A stretch of DNA of 64,000 bases, taken from positions 198,152,001 to 198,216,000 of the forward strand of contig OZ024741.1 in assembly GCA_964016885.1 (NCBI GenBank), given 5' to 3'. The stretch is from Eledone cirrhosa (lineage: Eukaryota). The notes beneath the pieces are model-generated. The model was given only the letters and a program-made list of their open reading frames with translations. It had not been told where the DNA came from and searched no databases. Of this stretch, positions 29,435-43,400 are shown piece by piece. Numbering within the stretch: the first letter of the stretch is position 1; each line of letters opens with the position of its first letter. Position numbers and translations under genes: made by a program.

Positions 29435-29634
29435 GGGCATCAAAAAACAAATACGGTATCTATAGGTCTCCACAAGTGGCAGGAGAGGGTGGGGAGTGGG
29501 ATGGGCGCAGGTCATTGGCCGACAGAAAAGGGAACCCATCAAAAGCCAACTCTACAAAGCTATAGTTTATTTCTACCAACCCTTGTCTTTAGAGTAACAA
29601 AGGCAGACAGAAATCCATAAACAGGTTCCGGACG

Positions 29635-29926
29635 GCACACCATTCCCTGTCACCAGGTCTCTCCCAAGCCAACAGATGTCTATAAGATCAGTGGGGGGCC
29701 AGTCATGGCAGATAGAATTAAAGGAAAGGGAGACTCTTCAAAAGCCAAATTCACCAAGGTTCTACCAAGTGACAAAGGCCCAGAGAATTCTGCAGACAGA
29801 CCCAAAACACTGAGCGCATATCTTACAACCATCCCCGAACTTCCCCCAAACTAATCAACCACATGCCAAAAATCAACAGACACATTCACAAAAAAACACA
29901 CTCACTCACACACCCGCGCGCAACCA

Positions 29927-29982
<56 letters not shown>

Positions 29983-30773
29983 TAAACATATATATATATG
30001 TATGGTGCTTTTTCCTTATATATGTGTATGTGTGTGTATATATATATATGTATGTGTGTGTGTGTGTATGTATATGTATATATTTGTTTATGTATATATA
30101 TATATATATATGTGTGTGTGTTTGTGTGTATGTGTGTGTGTATATGTATATATATATATATGTGTGTATATATGTGTGTATTATATATATGTATATATAT
30201 ATATATATATATGTATGTATATATATATATATGTATGTGTATATATATGTATATGTATGCACATGTATATTTGTGTGTATGTATGTATGTGTGTGAGTGT
30301 ATATATATGTGTATATATGTGTGTGTGTATATATATGTGTGTGTGTATGTATATGTATATGTATGTGTATATATATATGTGTATATATATGTGTGTATAT
30401 ATATATATATATAGATATAAATATATTTATATATGTGTGTGTGTTTCCATGTGTGCACATGTGTATGTGTATGTGTGTCCATGGCCGCGCGCGAGTGTGT
30501 GAGCGAGTGCACTTCCCTGTGAATGTGTCTGCCGACCCCTGGCACACAGTTGATCAGTCCAAGAGAAGCCCGAAGACAACTGTAAGATATGCACTCAGCA
30601 CCTTGAATCTGTCCACAGAATTCCCCAAACCCTTGTCACTTAGTAGAACCTCAACGAACCTAGCTTTCAAAGAATCTCCCCCTCCCCCAACCCCATCCAC
30701 CATGACTGACCCCCCACTGACCCCACAGACATCTGCTAGCCCAAGAGAAACTTAATGACAAGGAATGGCATGC
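29635..30773 (-). other. Long G-U-wobble-rich RNA hairpin (arms 29635-~29995 and ~30415-30773)
   Basis: Manual ungapped alignment of 256 nt gives 78 differences, all transitions, 77 of which form G-U pairs on the minus strand. Confidence 0.92.
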
Positions 30774-31276
30774 ACACAAATAAACATACATATCTTCAGT
30801 CTCAATAGAAAATCTGAACTCTGACACCCCGGCGAGCTGGCCATATTCACTGAACCAGAACATTTCTCCCAATCCCTTTTCTCTTGACCACTATCTCTCC
30901 ATTGTCATAACATTCACTATAAAGACTACAGAATAGTTTTCCAAATAAGGGCGCAAAAATGTAATAAAAACTTGTTCACGTGACAGCCAAATTTCATTTA
31001 TAACCAACCAAAAAAAAGCCTTCGTGAGCCTCCTTTTTTCAAGTAAAAAGAAATTCAAACACTCATATATGAAAAAACAACCTGTGACAACCCCCTCTCT
31101 TATTTGAAGAACTATTGTAACGCGAACTGGCGCGAAATTTATTATAATTATTGACAAACCAATCAAATTACTTCTCGAAAAACCTGGAATTTCGAGCCAC
31201 TTTTTCCATATAAAACAAGTAATATTCAGAGACCAACCAGATGTGAGAAAAACCACAGACCCTCCATCTCAACTCA

Positions 31277-31314
31277 CCTTTTGAAAAGCAGAAGAACTGC
31301 GAAACCGGTAAAGG
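31277..31314 (+). ncRNA. Hammerhead variant with U3:A8 core (mirror copy at 28456-28493, minus strand)
   Basis: cctt-TTGAAAA-gcag/ctgc-GAAAC-cg-GTA-aagg. All three stems are intact. Confidence 0.7.
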
Positions 31315-31383
31315 AACCAAATAAATATATATAGTTTTAAAAAAAATAAGACTTCAGTTGCATTTTCGATTTCATCTCTTTTT

Positions 31384-31433
<50 letters not shown>

Positions 31434-31764
31434 TTGTGTGTCTATATATGTATGTTTGCATGCATGAATACACTAAGCTTTAGATTTAGTAGAATGTACA
31501 ACCACTGATTCCAGGTATTTGCACTATCATATATTTTAGGTTCTATTAAATTCCTGGGGATTTGGTTGACCAAGTGCTTTGCTTATTGTTGTTTTTTTTA
31601 TGTTATTCTTTCTCTTAGATTTCAGGTATTTTTGGAAAGTTAAGCATTGGCCTCTAAAATACTAGAGTGGGCCCAGCAATGCTACCGTGGGCCCGCTGGG
31701 GCCCACTTGCCATTGGACAACCTGGCAACCTGGCCAATCCGCCACTGTATATATATATTTAGAT

Positions 31765-32286
31765 AGATATGTTTCTTTTATTTGCCACCAGGGCATCAAA
31801 AGTGGGACAAGTACAACGGGGGAGTTTACATAAAAAGGCGTCCTCAATAAGGAGGAGGCAATAACAATATATAAAAATAAAATAAAATATAACAAAAAAT
31901 AAAATTTATAACAAAGTCCTCAATAGAGAGGAGGCGCCTTGGGGGGTCGCACACACACCCGAAAAAAGTGTGCAACCCTTCTCCTCAGGAGCACAGAGAA
32001 GGGGTGCTCCCTTGGTCTTTCATCTTCCTCACCTATAGTCTGATGTAGAGTGAAGGCCCATTCACACGGGCCATTCTCGCCACTTTCACCCATCTTTCAT
32101 AGAAACGGCTGGGGTGCAGCACCTCTCTCTCCATCCTGATCCTTCTTCCGAAATGATATCGGAAGAAACGGACCAGTTGTTGGCCAGAGAGAAAGGTGCC
32201 TGACCTCAGTCCTTTCAGACGCGTCCACCATACAACCTCTTTCGCCATGGCTATTACGCACAGAAACACCGCCTCTGCTTCATCTT

Positions 32287-32324
<38 letters not shown>

Positions 32325-32417
32325 TGTTTCTTTTATTTGCCACCAGGGCATCAAAAGTGGGACAAGTACAATGGGGGGAGTTTACAAAACAAGGCGTCCT
32401 CAATAAGGAGGAGGCAA
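31765..32417 (-). mobile_element. Tx1/L1-like LINE 3' end, with a second 3' end cut by the gap
   Basis: ORF 32033-32269 (AKEVVWWTR…FYERW) resembles the C-terminus of Tx1-type ORF2. The 3' end is duplicated (about 31765-31861 and 32320-32417) and associated with (GATA)n. Confidence 0.55.
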
Positions 32418-32617
32418 NNNNNNNNNNNNNNNNNNNNNNNNNNNNNNNNNNNNNNNNNNNNNNNNNNNNNNNNNNNNNNNNNNNNNNNNNNNNNNNNNNN
32501 NNNNNNNNNNNNNNNNNNNNNNNNNNNNNNNNNNNNNNNNNNNNNNNNNNNNNNNNNNNNNNNNNNNNNNNNNNNNNNNNNNNNNNNNNNNNNNNNNNNN
32601 NNNNNNNNNNNNNNNNN
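32418..32617. other. Assembly gap (200 N)
   Basis: Run of N. Confidence 1.
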
Positions 32618-33181
32618 ATATGTTAATATATATTAATATATAATTTAATTAATTACCAACATGACCGTTAATTATATACAGATTAGTACGTCCATTTCAG
32701 AATAATACTTATAGTGAATGGATATATAAGCCCATCAAATGCATGTTTCTTCATGGTTGTTTGGATGATATACACGTCTTCTGATAAAGACCCAATTACA
32801 TTCGAAAATCAATTAAAGGTATTTTTCATTTATTTTTCAATTGACAGGGAAATTCATATTAGATATGTGTATTTTTATATACTTATATACACATTGTTGC
32901 ACTCTCGGCTACACCCTCTGTATGTATACAGATAAAACTTTACTGAACACTTCGGCTGCTCGCGCCCTTCTTCTGTGTGTGTGTGGGGGGGGGGGGGGGG
33001 GGGTGAGACAAACTTCGAAGTCAAGCCATATTTTTCTTCGAAAAATAAAACTTGTATTCTGCTCATATGAACTGAGCGGTCATTCAGTTAATGTTCGGGT
33101 GTTTATAAGTATATTTTTAGTTAAACACCTTTATGTGTGTGTGTGTGTGTGTATGTGTGGCATTCTTGTTAATCTAATTAC

Positions 33182-33223
<42 letters not shown>

Positions 33224-33565
33224 TTGATATATATATATATATATATATATATTACATGCATATGATATATATATATATATATATATTTAATCATTGCTTT
33301 CCTTCCAATGAAGTCCTTGTAGCTATATCTACATCAATCAAAAGCTTCTTTTCACGTCCGACGCCTTCATTTTATTAATTTCGTCTATTTGTATAGCTAC
33401 ATCTAATTGAAGTGTATTCTCCGAGAGGCTTCCTCATACTTATCACTCCCCATAACAGAAACATACACACTGTACGTATATACATGCATACATATATACA
33501 TACATACACATAGATATGTTTTTACACATACATACATACATGCATAAATACATACATGCATACAT

Positions 33566-33628
<63 letters not shown>

Positions 33629-34321
33629 ACGTACATATGTACATAGATACACATATGTGTATTTTCACACACATACATACATCCATTCATACATACGTTA
33701 TGTTACTCTCCTTTTATAAAATATTGATTATTTTTTATTAAGGTACTGACGTCTGTGTACGTGTGTGAGTGTATGAGTGTGTGTGTGTGTGTCTGTGTGT
33801 CCAACATTCATGTTCTTCATAAATACATTAGTAATAAATAGTATGTGAATCTTCTATCAAAATTCCATTTACGTTGTATGCTATATAGAAACCATTTTAT
33901 GGAACCAAGTTTAGTACATATTTGGTACATATTTTATCGCCTCTAAAACGGTAAAGAGTACAGCTATACTTGGCGGTATCGAACTTAAAAATATGTAAGC
34001 CAAATACTGCAAAACATTTTGTCCAAAGCTCTACGGTTTCTGCTAACTCATTGTTCACTTAAAGTGACTTTTGCCATGAACTTTAACTCGAATTTCGGAT
34101 TACTACTCTCGAAGTTTTGACTGAAAACACTGCTTTCTTCTGATGAGACACACAAATTTCACTCAATTTACCGGAGAGAAAAATAATAAATTATTATGTT
34201 TTATTCATTTTTTGCGGTATTAGTAGTATAAATGAAATGACATTGTACTCAACATACATACATACATACATACATACATACATACATACATACATACATA
34301 CATACATACATACATACATAC

Positions 34322-37152
34322 ACACATCTAAAACCACGCAATCAAGATACAAACAGAAAGCCTGAACCAGCGTGGATGCGAAATTTAAAAACCAAAATTT
34401 TGTCCCTGAGACGAAGTATCTCACACATCGCAGTCGTTATGAAATGCAACATAGAGAGCAACTTCACACGACACCAGGAAGACCTAAAGAAAAAGTTAGA
34501 GAGACGATTTGGAGATACAAAATTTAAAACTTTGAACTCCAAATTACACCAGTTGAAACAACAACTCACAGCTACAACCAGAAAGACTAGAATATAAGTC
34601 AACAGCACATAAACGACAAGTGCTAAATAGATTGTTTGCCAGAGATCCTAAATCAGTTTATCGCAGCTTCGGTGGCAAAAGCTCAATCCCTGTAAACGAC
34701 ACCCCTTCAAAAGAACAGGTTGAGAGCTACTGGAGATCTGTATGGGAAACGGATGACGGATTCAACAGACAAGCTAATTGGCTAAAAGAACTGGAACAGG
34801 ACTACGGCCAACATGTCCAGACAAAACAATATGACATAGATGAGTCAATACTGGAAACAGCTCTACAGAAAATGTCGAATAGGAAATCACCAGGCCCAGA
34901 CCTCATTACAGGATACTGGTTGAAGAATTTCACTTTCTATCGGCAAGATCTCATACGGCTGTTTACAGAAACCATTAAGGGCACACAAGAACTGCCCAGA
35001 TGGTTATCAAGTGCCACTACTCTCCTCATTCCCAAAAATAGCCAAACCACCCTTGCCAAAAATTACCGCCCAATTGCCTGCCAAAACATCATGTATAGAT
35101 TATATACTGGGTGCCTTAACCTGTTCTTACAGGATCACTGTGCTACCAACAACATCATAACACCTGAGCAAGCTGGTGTAAAGAGGGAGGTGTGGGGTTG
35201 CATAGATCACCTACTAACTAACAAAATGATTCAGGAAAAAACAACAAAGAATCGCAGAAACATGACTGTCGTGTGGCTGGACTATCAAAAAGCATTTGAT
35301 AGTGTACCTCATGGGTGGATTATTAAGGCTTTACAGTTAGCTAAAGTCCCACAACCATTGGTAGCTGCTGTTGAACGCCTGACCAAGAACTGGTACACCA
35401 ATTTGATCCTTAGAGAAGGGCATCTTTCAGGGTTATAGCTTGTCAGTGCTACTCTTCGTTCTCTCACTGAATCCACTATCTTACCTACTCAGGAAACAAG
35501 GTGGACAAAGAAGTGGGCCCAGAAGTATCTCCCATCTTTTCTTTGTTGATGACCTGAAGTTGTATGGGCCAAATATCAATGACATCAAGAAACAATTGGA
35601 CCTCATTACACAATTTTCAACCGACATCAAAATGAAATTTGGTGAGTCCAAGTGTGCATATTTGGCAGTAAAACGTGGAAGAGCTGTGCCCTCCTCTAGA
35701 AATCTAGAGATGAACGGCCTGACAATACAACCTCTGCAGTCAGGTGACAACTACAGATATCTTGGACAGGATGAGAATGTCAGATATGATGGACACATAA
35801 ATAAGGAGAGAACCAGAACTGAATACCTCAGAAGAGTAAAGAAAATATGGTCATCAGAACTGTCAGCATACAACAAATACATTGCCCACAATACTTATGC
35901 TGTGCCAATTCTAACGCCAACATTTGGCCTACTGAACTGGTCATTGAAAGAACTAAGTGAGATGGATGTTAGAACTCGAAAACTTCTCAGTGTTACTGGC
36001 AACTTTAACATCAATGGTGATGTGGATAGGCTATACTTCTCACGCAAGGAAGGTGGCCGGGGTCTAAAATCAATATTAACAACATATGAGACCCGGATAG
36101 TAACACTGAAGCAACACCTTCAACAGAGGAAAAAGGTTGGCAACCATCTTGCCCAGGTTTATGAGCATGAAAAAAGAAATATCATTAGAATAGCGACTGA
36201 TCTGGAGGAGAGATATGGAATAAAGCCTGATATAAATCTCTCACCCAGAGAAATCGGAAGATCCTATTCAATGTTCAAACAAGATAAGAAAATTGACCAA
36301 TTTACAGAAAAAGTTGTGCATGGATACTTGAGGCGTAAAACACAGACCATAGAGGGGATAAACCACTCAAAAAGCCTGGCATGGAGTTCCGACAAGTTTG
36401 ACATCACACCTTGAGGGATATCTCTATGCAATACAGGAACAAGAACTCCCTACCAAATATCTGCTGCACAAAAGAGGAGGGCCAGCAGCTGACAATAAAT
36501 GTAGGCTATGTAAAACAAAGATCGAGGATGTAAGCCACATTGTTGCCAGCTGCGAAAGAATGTCATCTCGCTACTACCTCCCCATGAGACACGATGGGAT
36601 AGCTAGAACCATCTGGAACGCACTTCGGAAAACAAAATTAACAACAAACGAGGAAGAATATATTGAGACAGATGGCACTAAGGAATACTGGTGGAACCTG
36701 AAAATAAAAACTGCCACCAAATTAAAGCACAACCGGCCTGATATTGTAGTTTGGGACCACACATTGAAAACGTGTTCTGTTGTGGAGATCAGCTGCCCAC
36801 TTGATGTAAACGTTGTCAGAAAAATACAGGAGAAGGAGGACATCTACGGACCATTGATGAGGAGTTTACAAATCCAGTATCCAAGATACACCTTTAGCTT
36901 CATACCCATCATTATTGGTGCTACGGGTTATATACCAACCCGCTTGGACCAAAGTATGACTGAACTTGGATTTGCGGACAAAAAGCGCAGCTCCCTAATT
37001 CATAGTCTGCAAATGGCTGCGATAGCTGGCACCTTCAAAATTTGCAAAACATTCTTGCGATTCAAGGGATGACAATTTCTTTTCTTTTACAACCTTGCCA
37101 CCAGGAAGGTGGCCGGTCAAAAAAATATACTCGAAATTAAGAGAAAGAGAAA
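34322..37152 (+). mobile_element. 5'-truncated R4/Dong-like non-LTR retrotransposon (RT, CCHC, restriction-like endonuclease) inserted in (CATA)n
   Basis: KSPGPDLI, NYRPIAC, WLDYQKAFDSVPH, HLFFVDDLKLY, GGRGL, CRLC…HIVASC, RHD, NRPDIVVWD…VEISCP. Two frameshifts seen. (TACA)n on both sides. Confidence 0.9.
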
Positions 37153-37496
37153 ACATACATACATACATACATACATACATACATACATGCATACATACAT
37201 ACATACATACATACATACATACATACATACATACATACATACATACATACATGCATACATACATACATACAAATGCATTCTCTATGACATTTTTTGCGAT
37301 GCATGGTATTTTTCTGGTCATAGGCAAGTCCCTAACAGGATTAAAAGGCCACGTCCGTGATGCTTATACTCAAGTGTACAGTGATGACGTTACTCAAAAT
37401 CGAGTTGCGGCCATCATGTATGTATGTATATATGTGTATGTATATGTATGCATATATATGTTTATGTATATATATATATATATATACATGTATATT

Positions 37497-37533
<37 letters not shown>

Positions 37534-37666
37534 AATTAGGGAGACACAAAACAGGCTTTGTTTACAAACAGCTAGCGAATTTGAAAATTAGGTATGTGAC
37601 TAAATAAAATTAGTCTGTTAGCTGGGATTTTTAAAAAACCCTTCTGAATCTAAAAAGGATGAGTAT

Positions 37667-37737
37667 TGAGGTACATGGGACACGAACCCACATATTTGGT
37701 TTGCCGGACCAATGTGTTACCATTACACCAACACGCC
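37667..37737 (-). other. tRNA-like SINE head
   Basis: Minus strand has A-box-like tggtgtaatgg and B-box-like ggttcgtgtcc. It sits within a local inverted repeat (about 37595-37690 and 37925-38025). Confidence 0.35.
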
Positions 37738-38048
37738 GCACATGCTTCCTTCCATTCAATTAGAAGCTATATAACCATGGCAGGTATATATACGTATATA
37801 AATAGGGAGACACAAAGCAGGTTTTGTTTAGAAACGGCTAGCCAATTTGAAAATTAGGTAGTAACATGTGCTTACGCCGTATTTGACTAAATAAAATTAG
37901 TTTGTTAGTCGGGTATGGTTATGTAACTTGGTTCGTCTCCCATGTACGTCAATACTCATCCTTCTTCCATTCAGAGGGGTTTTTTTAAATTCCAACTAAC
38001 AGACTACTTTTATTTAGTCAAATACGGCGTAAGTACATGTTACTACCC

Positions 38049-38125
<77 letters not shown>

Positions 38126-38669
38126 CCTATTTCGCCACTTTCTACTCTCACCCTCTTTCTTCCCCTCCCTTTCTTCCTATCTACTCTTACCCCACGTTCT
38201 TCCTCTCCCTTTCTCCCTCTCGCTTTCACCACCTCGTCTGACCGTTTAGCAGTTCTCTTCTCACTTACAACTGCGGCGATCGGACGTGTGTCTTTTCTCT
38301 CGATTACTCGTTCTCGAACTTAAGTTCTATTATCGAGTGGTCTTGGATTTCCTACCTATAATTGCTCGCACATTGCTCGGTTTGTGTTTGGTTTTTTTCG
38401 CTGCTGTTTTGTTACTGTTTCTCTTTTCTTCCCCTTTGCTTTCCTTCCCTCCTTCCTTCGTTTTCTCAATAACTTATCCAGTTATTGACGCCCTGGGGTG
38501 AAGTGATATCTTGTCTTTAAAGTGTAGAAATATCCTAGACCCCCAGTAGACAACTGATGAGGAAAACTCCCCCACTCCCCAGTTCTTGCTTTCTTCCTAT
38601 TCCCACTGCATTTTAAGTTACCTTAAATAGCAACTACACAGCCATTTCTATTTTCCATATATATATATA

Positions 38670-39089
38670 TATTGTTATATTTAAGGAGGGTCATATTGTT
38701 ATCATATTGCCAGAAATAATAGAAAAGACACTCACTGTTTGGTTTGGATTGGTTTTCGCTTCTGTATCTTTTATATCTCCATAGTTAATTTATCTGGCAA
38801 TCAATGTTTATCATTGATTGACCAACTGTTAAAACTGGCGTAGACATTACAATACAACCGGAGGAAACATAATAATACCACTGATGACGTCACAGGTGTG
38901 TGATGAAAGAACTTTGATAGACTATATATATTTATATCTATATTTTTAACATTGATTGCCAGATAAATTAACTATAGAGATATAAAAGATACAGGAGCGA
39001 AAACCAATCCAAACCAAACAGTGAGTGTGTTTTCTATTATTTCTTGCAATATCATAACAATATGACCCTCCCCAATATATAACAATATT
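38670..39089. mobile_element. Inverted pLTR-type element (distant relative of the 18424 family) with a degenerate HHR at about 38877-38918
   Basis: ~135-bp inverted repeats 38670-38808 and 38948-39089; CTGATGA-cgtcacaggtgtgtgat-GAAA-gaactt. Confidence 0.65.
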
Positions 39090-39149
39090 TGTTTCCCACA
39101 CGATTTCATATTAAAAACCTTGCAAAACAAATATACATATATATATATA

Positions 39150-39519
<370 letters not shown>

Positions 39520-39522
<3 letters not shown>

Positions 39523-41390
39523 GCTTTATTCACATTGCTGACAATTGTTTCTCTGAACTGGTAGGTCTAGAGATCGCTACCCGCCTGTTTTTGCGTCAAT
39601 CGATCACCAATACTTTGTTATAACCAGTCAGTTCATCAGAGCGTGCGAGAATGAAGGGAATACACAGGCATGGCTTCTATATATAGTACGTCATTAAATC
39701 AGAACAATATTAACCATACTAGCAATACTACAATAAATTAGCTAGACCGTAAATATTTAAAATAATCATAACATCAATCTAAGTAAGACATAGAGTATAC
39801 TGATGAATTTAGCATGTAAAACGAGCTGATACGAAGCAGATGTATGAAATTGACATGTAAAAGCTGTCATGGGGTGTATTATATATAGTGTAGAGATAAC
39901 CTGGGGCTTGAAACAATGGACCATTTACTTTACTGTAGGTTTGCTGACCATAAGAATTATTTATTATCTGACAGATAAAATATTTTCATTGTAGTGAGGA
40001 TGGTAATTTTTATGTGGTGTAAAGCGGATTCATTATTTAAGTGGTCTATATTAGATGAAGGGATTGTTAGTTCGAATCATGGGGTGGTTTAGCTTTCACG
40101 GCATCAATAACACATCATGCATGGATAAGACAACAATAATAATAATAACAGCAATATAGTAAGTAAGTTAATACAGAGGTTAAGAAGCAAGGTATATATA
40201 GAGAGAACATAATGACTACAATTACGGATACATTGGGGTGGTCATTATAACAGCAGGGGGAAGGTGATATTTCAAGGAGTGTGGTAGTAGTCAAATAATG
40301 TACTTGGAATTAAGTTCATCTGTTGAGAATCAAGAGTGAGGAAGTTGTGTTGACAGCAACAGAGAAGAGATATATTTATGGGCTGATAAGATATTTGCAG
40401 ACATTACTGTGGTATAGAATTAAGGAGGCTAGAAGCTGCTTAAAGAATATTATAGTTCTGTGGTGCTCTGTGTGAGAGTGCGGATTTCATATGTTGAATG
40501 CTAAGTTATGTTGATTCGAATCACGGTGGCTTAAATCTTGTGAATTTAGTAGCGATCCTGTGTCTGCAGAAAATTGACCTTTCTATCTTGTTGTTGAGTA
40601 GCCTTTTATCGTTCCTAAGGATATATAGTAATTCAAGGTCGCAGAGCCTACAATAGGACATACCGGTACTATATGCCCTTGCGGCCGACAACCTCGACCA
40701 GTTGATATTGTAGTCGATGTTTTTGTCCTTAAGTTCCAGATTTGTTTGGCGAGGGTTGTAGAACCTATTAGTGCACGGTTCTTCATCGAATGTCTGTGCA
40801 CATACCATCTTTTTTTAAAAGTACCCGTGGTGGATCCAATGTAATGCCAAGTGGAGTTGCCCGAGTTCACCATATACATGTGCACTAGGCCCGAATCAAG
40901 GCACCTGTTCGCCAATGGGCACCTATTTGGTAGGTGACAATTGCAGTTTGCGGTGTTAGTCCGTGCAACTTCCACGCTGCTGTTTTGTACACTGCTATAA
41001 GTGGGTTGTGATTCGTGCCCATTGAGGTTTCGCTGCGGCGCGTTCGTATGCGTTTGCGGTTGTGATACTGCGATGTGTTTATGTTTAGAATTTGGTGGTA
41101 TGTTGCGCATAGGTGGGGCGGTCTCCCTAGAGGTATTTCTGTGGTTGATCTTGCGTATGTGGGATTCTATATTTGCAGCCGTAGAGTATGAGAGTTTTAT
41201 AGTTTTTCTATTGAGGAATTTATGATATCTATGTGATATAGGGAAGTGTTTATCTATTAGTTTTAAAAAACACAGAGAAGTTGAAGATTGGATTAAACCA
41301 CAGGTATTTTCTTTCTCTAATTCTTCTATAGTTTCTAGGGTTTACATTATTCGTGTTTGGACTACCTATAACAATAATTTGTTATCCCGT
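39520..41390 (-). mobile_element. Penelope-like 3' end: GIY-YIG remnant, 3' UTR and HHR
   Basis: CNCHLPNRCPLANRCL…YIGSTTGTFKKRWYVH, and CRLCDLELLYIL…CRHR. HHR at 39531-39645. Confidence 0.82.
39531..39645 (-). ncRNA. Type I hammerhead motif with long stem II
   Basis: gct-CTGATGA-actgactgg…ccagttcaga-GAAAC-aatt-GTC-agc. Confidence 0.7.
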
Positions 41391-41441
41391 GTATATATAT
41401 ATATAGTTAACTTAACAGGAAAAAGAAATCTATCATAGAAT

Positions 41442-41515
<74 letters not shown>

Positions 41516-41579
41516 TAGCCACCTGGTGTTTGCATAGCTACGGGTTCCTAAAACCGTATTTCTTTGGAGATACGAAATT

Positions 41580-41673
<94 letters not shown>

Positions 41674-41737
41674 TAGCCACCTGGTGTTTGCATAGCTACG
41701 GGTTCCTAAAACCGTATTTCTTTGGAGATACGAAATT

Positions 41738-41821
<84 letters not shown>

Positions 41822-41836
41822 CATATATATATATAT

Positions 41837-41939
<103 letters not shown>

Positions 41940-42042
41940 AATTTCGTATCTCCAAAGAAATACGGTTTTAGGAAGTCGTAGCTATGCAAACACCAGGTGG
42001 CTAACGCCCTCTGGTGATGTCCAGCAGAATCAAAGGGTAAAA

Positions 42043-42084
42043 CTGTCTATGCATTTCAGGCTTAACTGGCTATCGTCAGGACGG
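42043..42084 (-). ncRNA. Minimal type I hammerhead motif
   Basis: ccgtc-CTGACGA-tagccagttaagcct-GAAA-tgca-TA-gacag. Palindromic AUGCAU in stem III. Confidence 0.6.
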
Positions 42085-42465
42085 TCCCTCCCACCGTTTT
42101 CTACTGCTGGACTAGAAGACAGCCAAGAATATATACTTTTCTTGTCTGCGTAAATGTGGTAATTAATCTCATTTGCATATGAAGCTGCATTAGTTGGCTC
42201 AACTTATAATAGAAAAGAAATAAAATTTCGCTTCAAGCCTAGCTTTATACAATATGTATAGAAATTTCGTATTTCGAAAGAAATACGGTTTTAGGAAGCC
42301 GTAGCTATGCAAACACCGGGGGGCTAACGCCTTGCTTCTGCTGGACATCACCATTTCGAAAGAAATACGGTTTTAGAAGCTACGGCTTCCTAAAACCGTA
42401 TTTCTTTGGAGATACGAAATTCTTATACATATTGTGTAAAGCTATGCTTGAAGCGAAATCTTATT

Positions 42466-43400
<935 letters not shown>

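Larger units (their letters stand above)
28318..31390 (-). mobile_element. Composite PLE-type insertion bounded by ~620-bp near-identical inverted repeats (28380-28999 and 30772-31390)
   Basis: The same ORF translations appear on opposite strands with only one or two differences seen. Each arm has a variant HHR. The repeats enclose an HHR element and the G-U hairpin. Confidence 0.8.

Noticed and set aside
29635-30773. Ordinary CpG decay or neutral divergence as the cause of the hairpin mismatches
   Set aside because: CpG decay would hit both arms in both polarities, and neutral divergence at 30% would include transversions and indels. Neither is seen.
34138-34175. CTGATGA as a hammerhead core
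   Set aside because: No downstream GAAA or stems. The same applies at about 38555 and 39800.
37667-37737. Functional tRNA gene
   Set aside because: The acceptor stem does not pair well. Treated as a SINE-like remnant.
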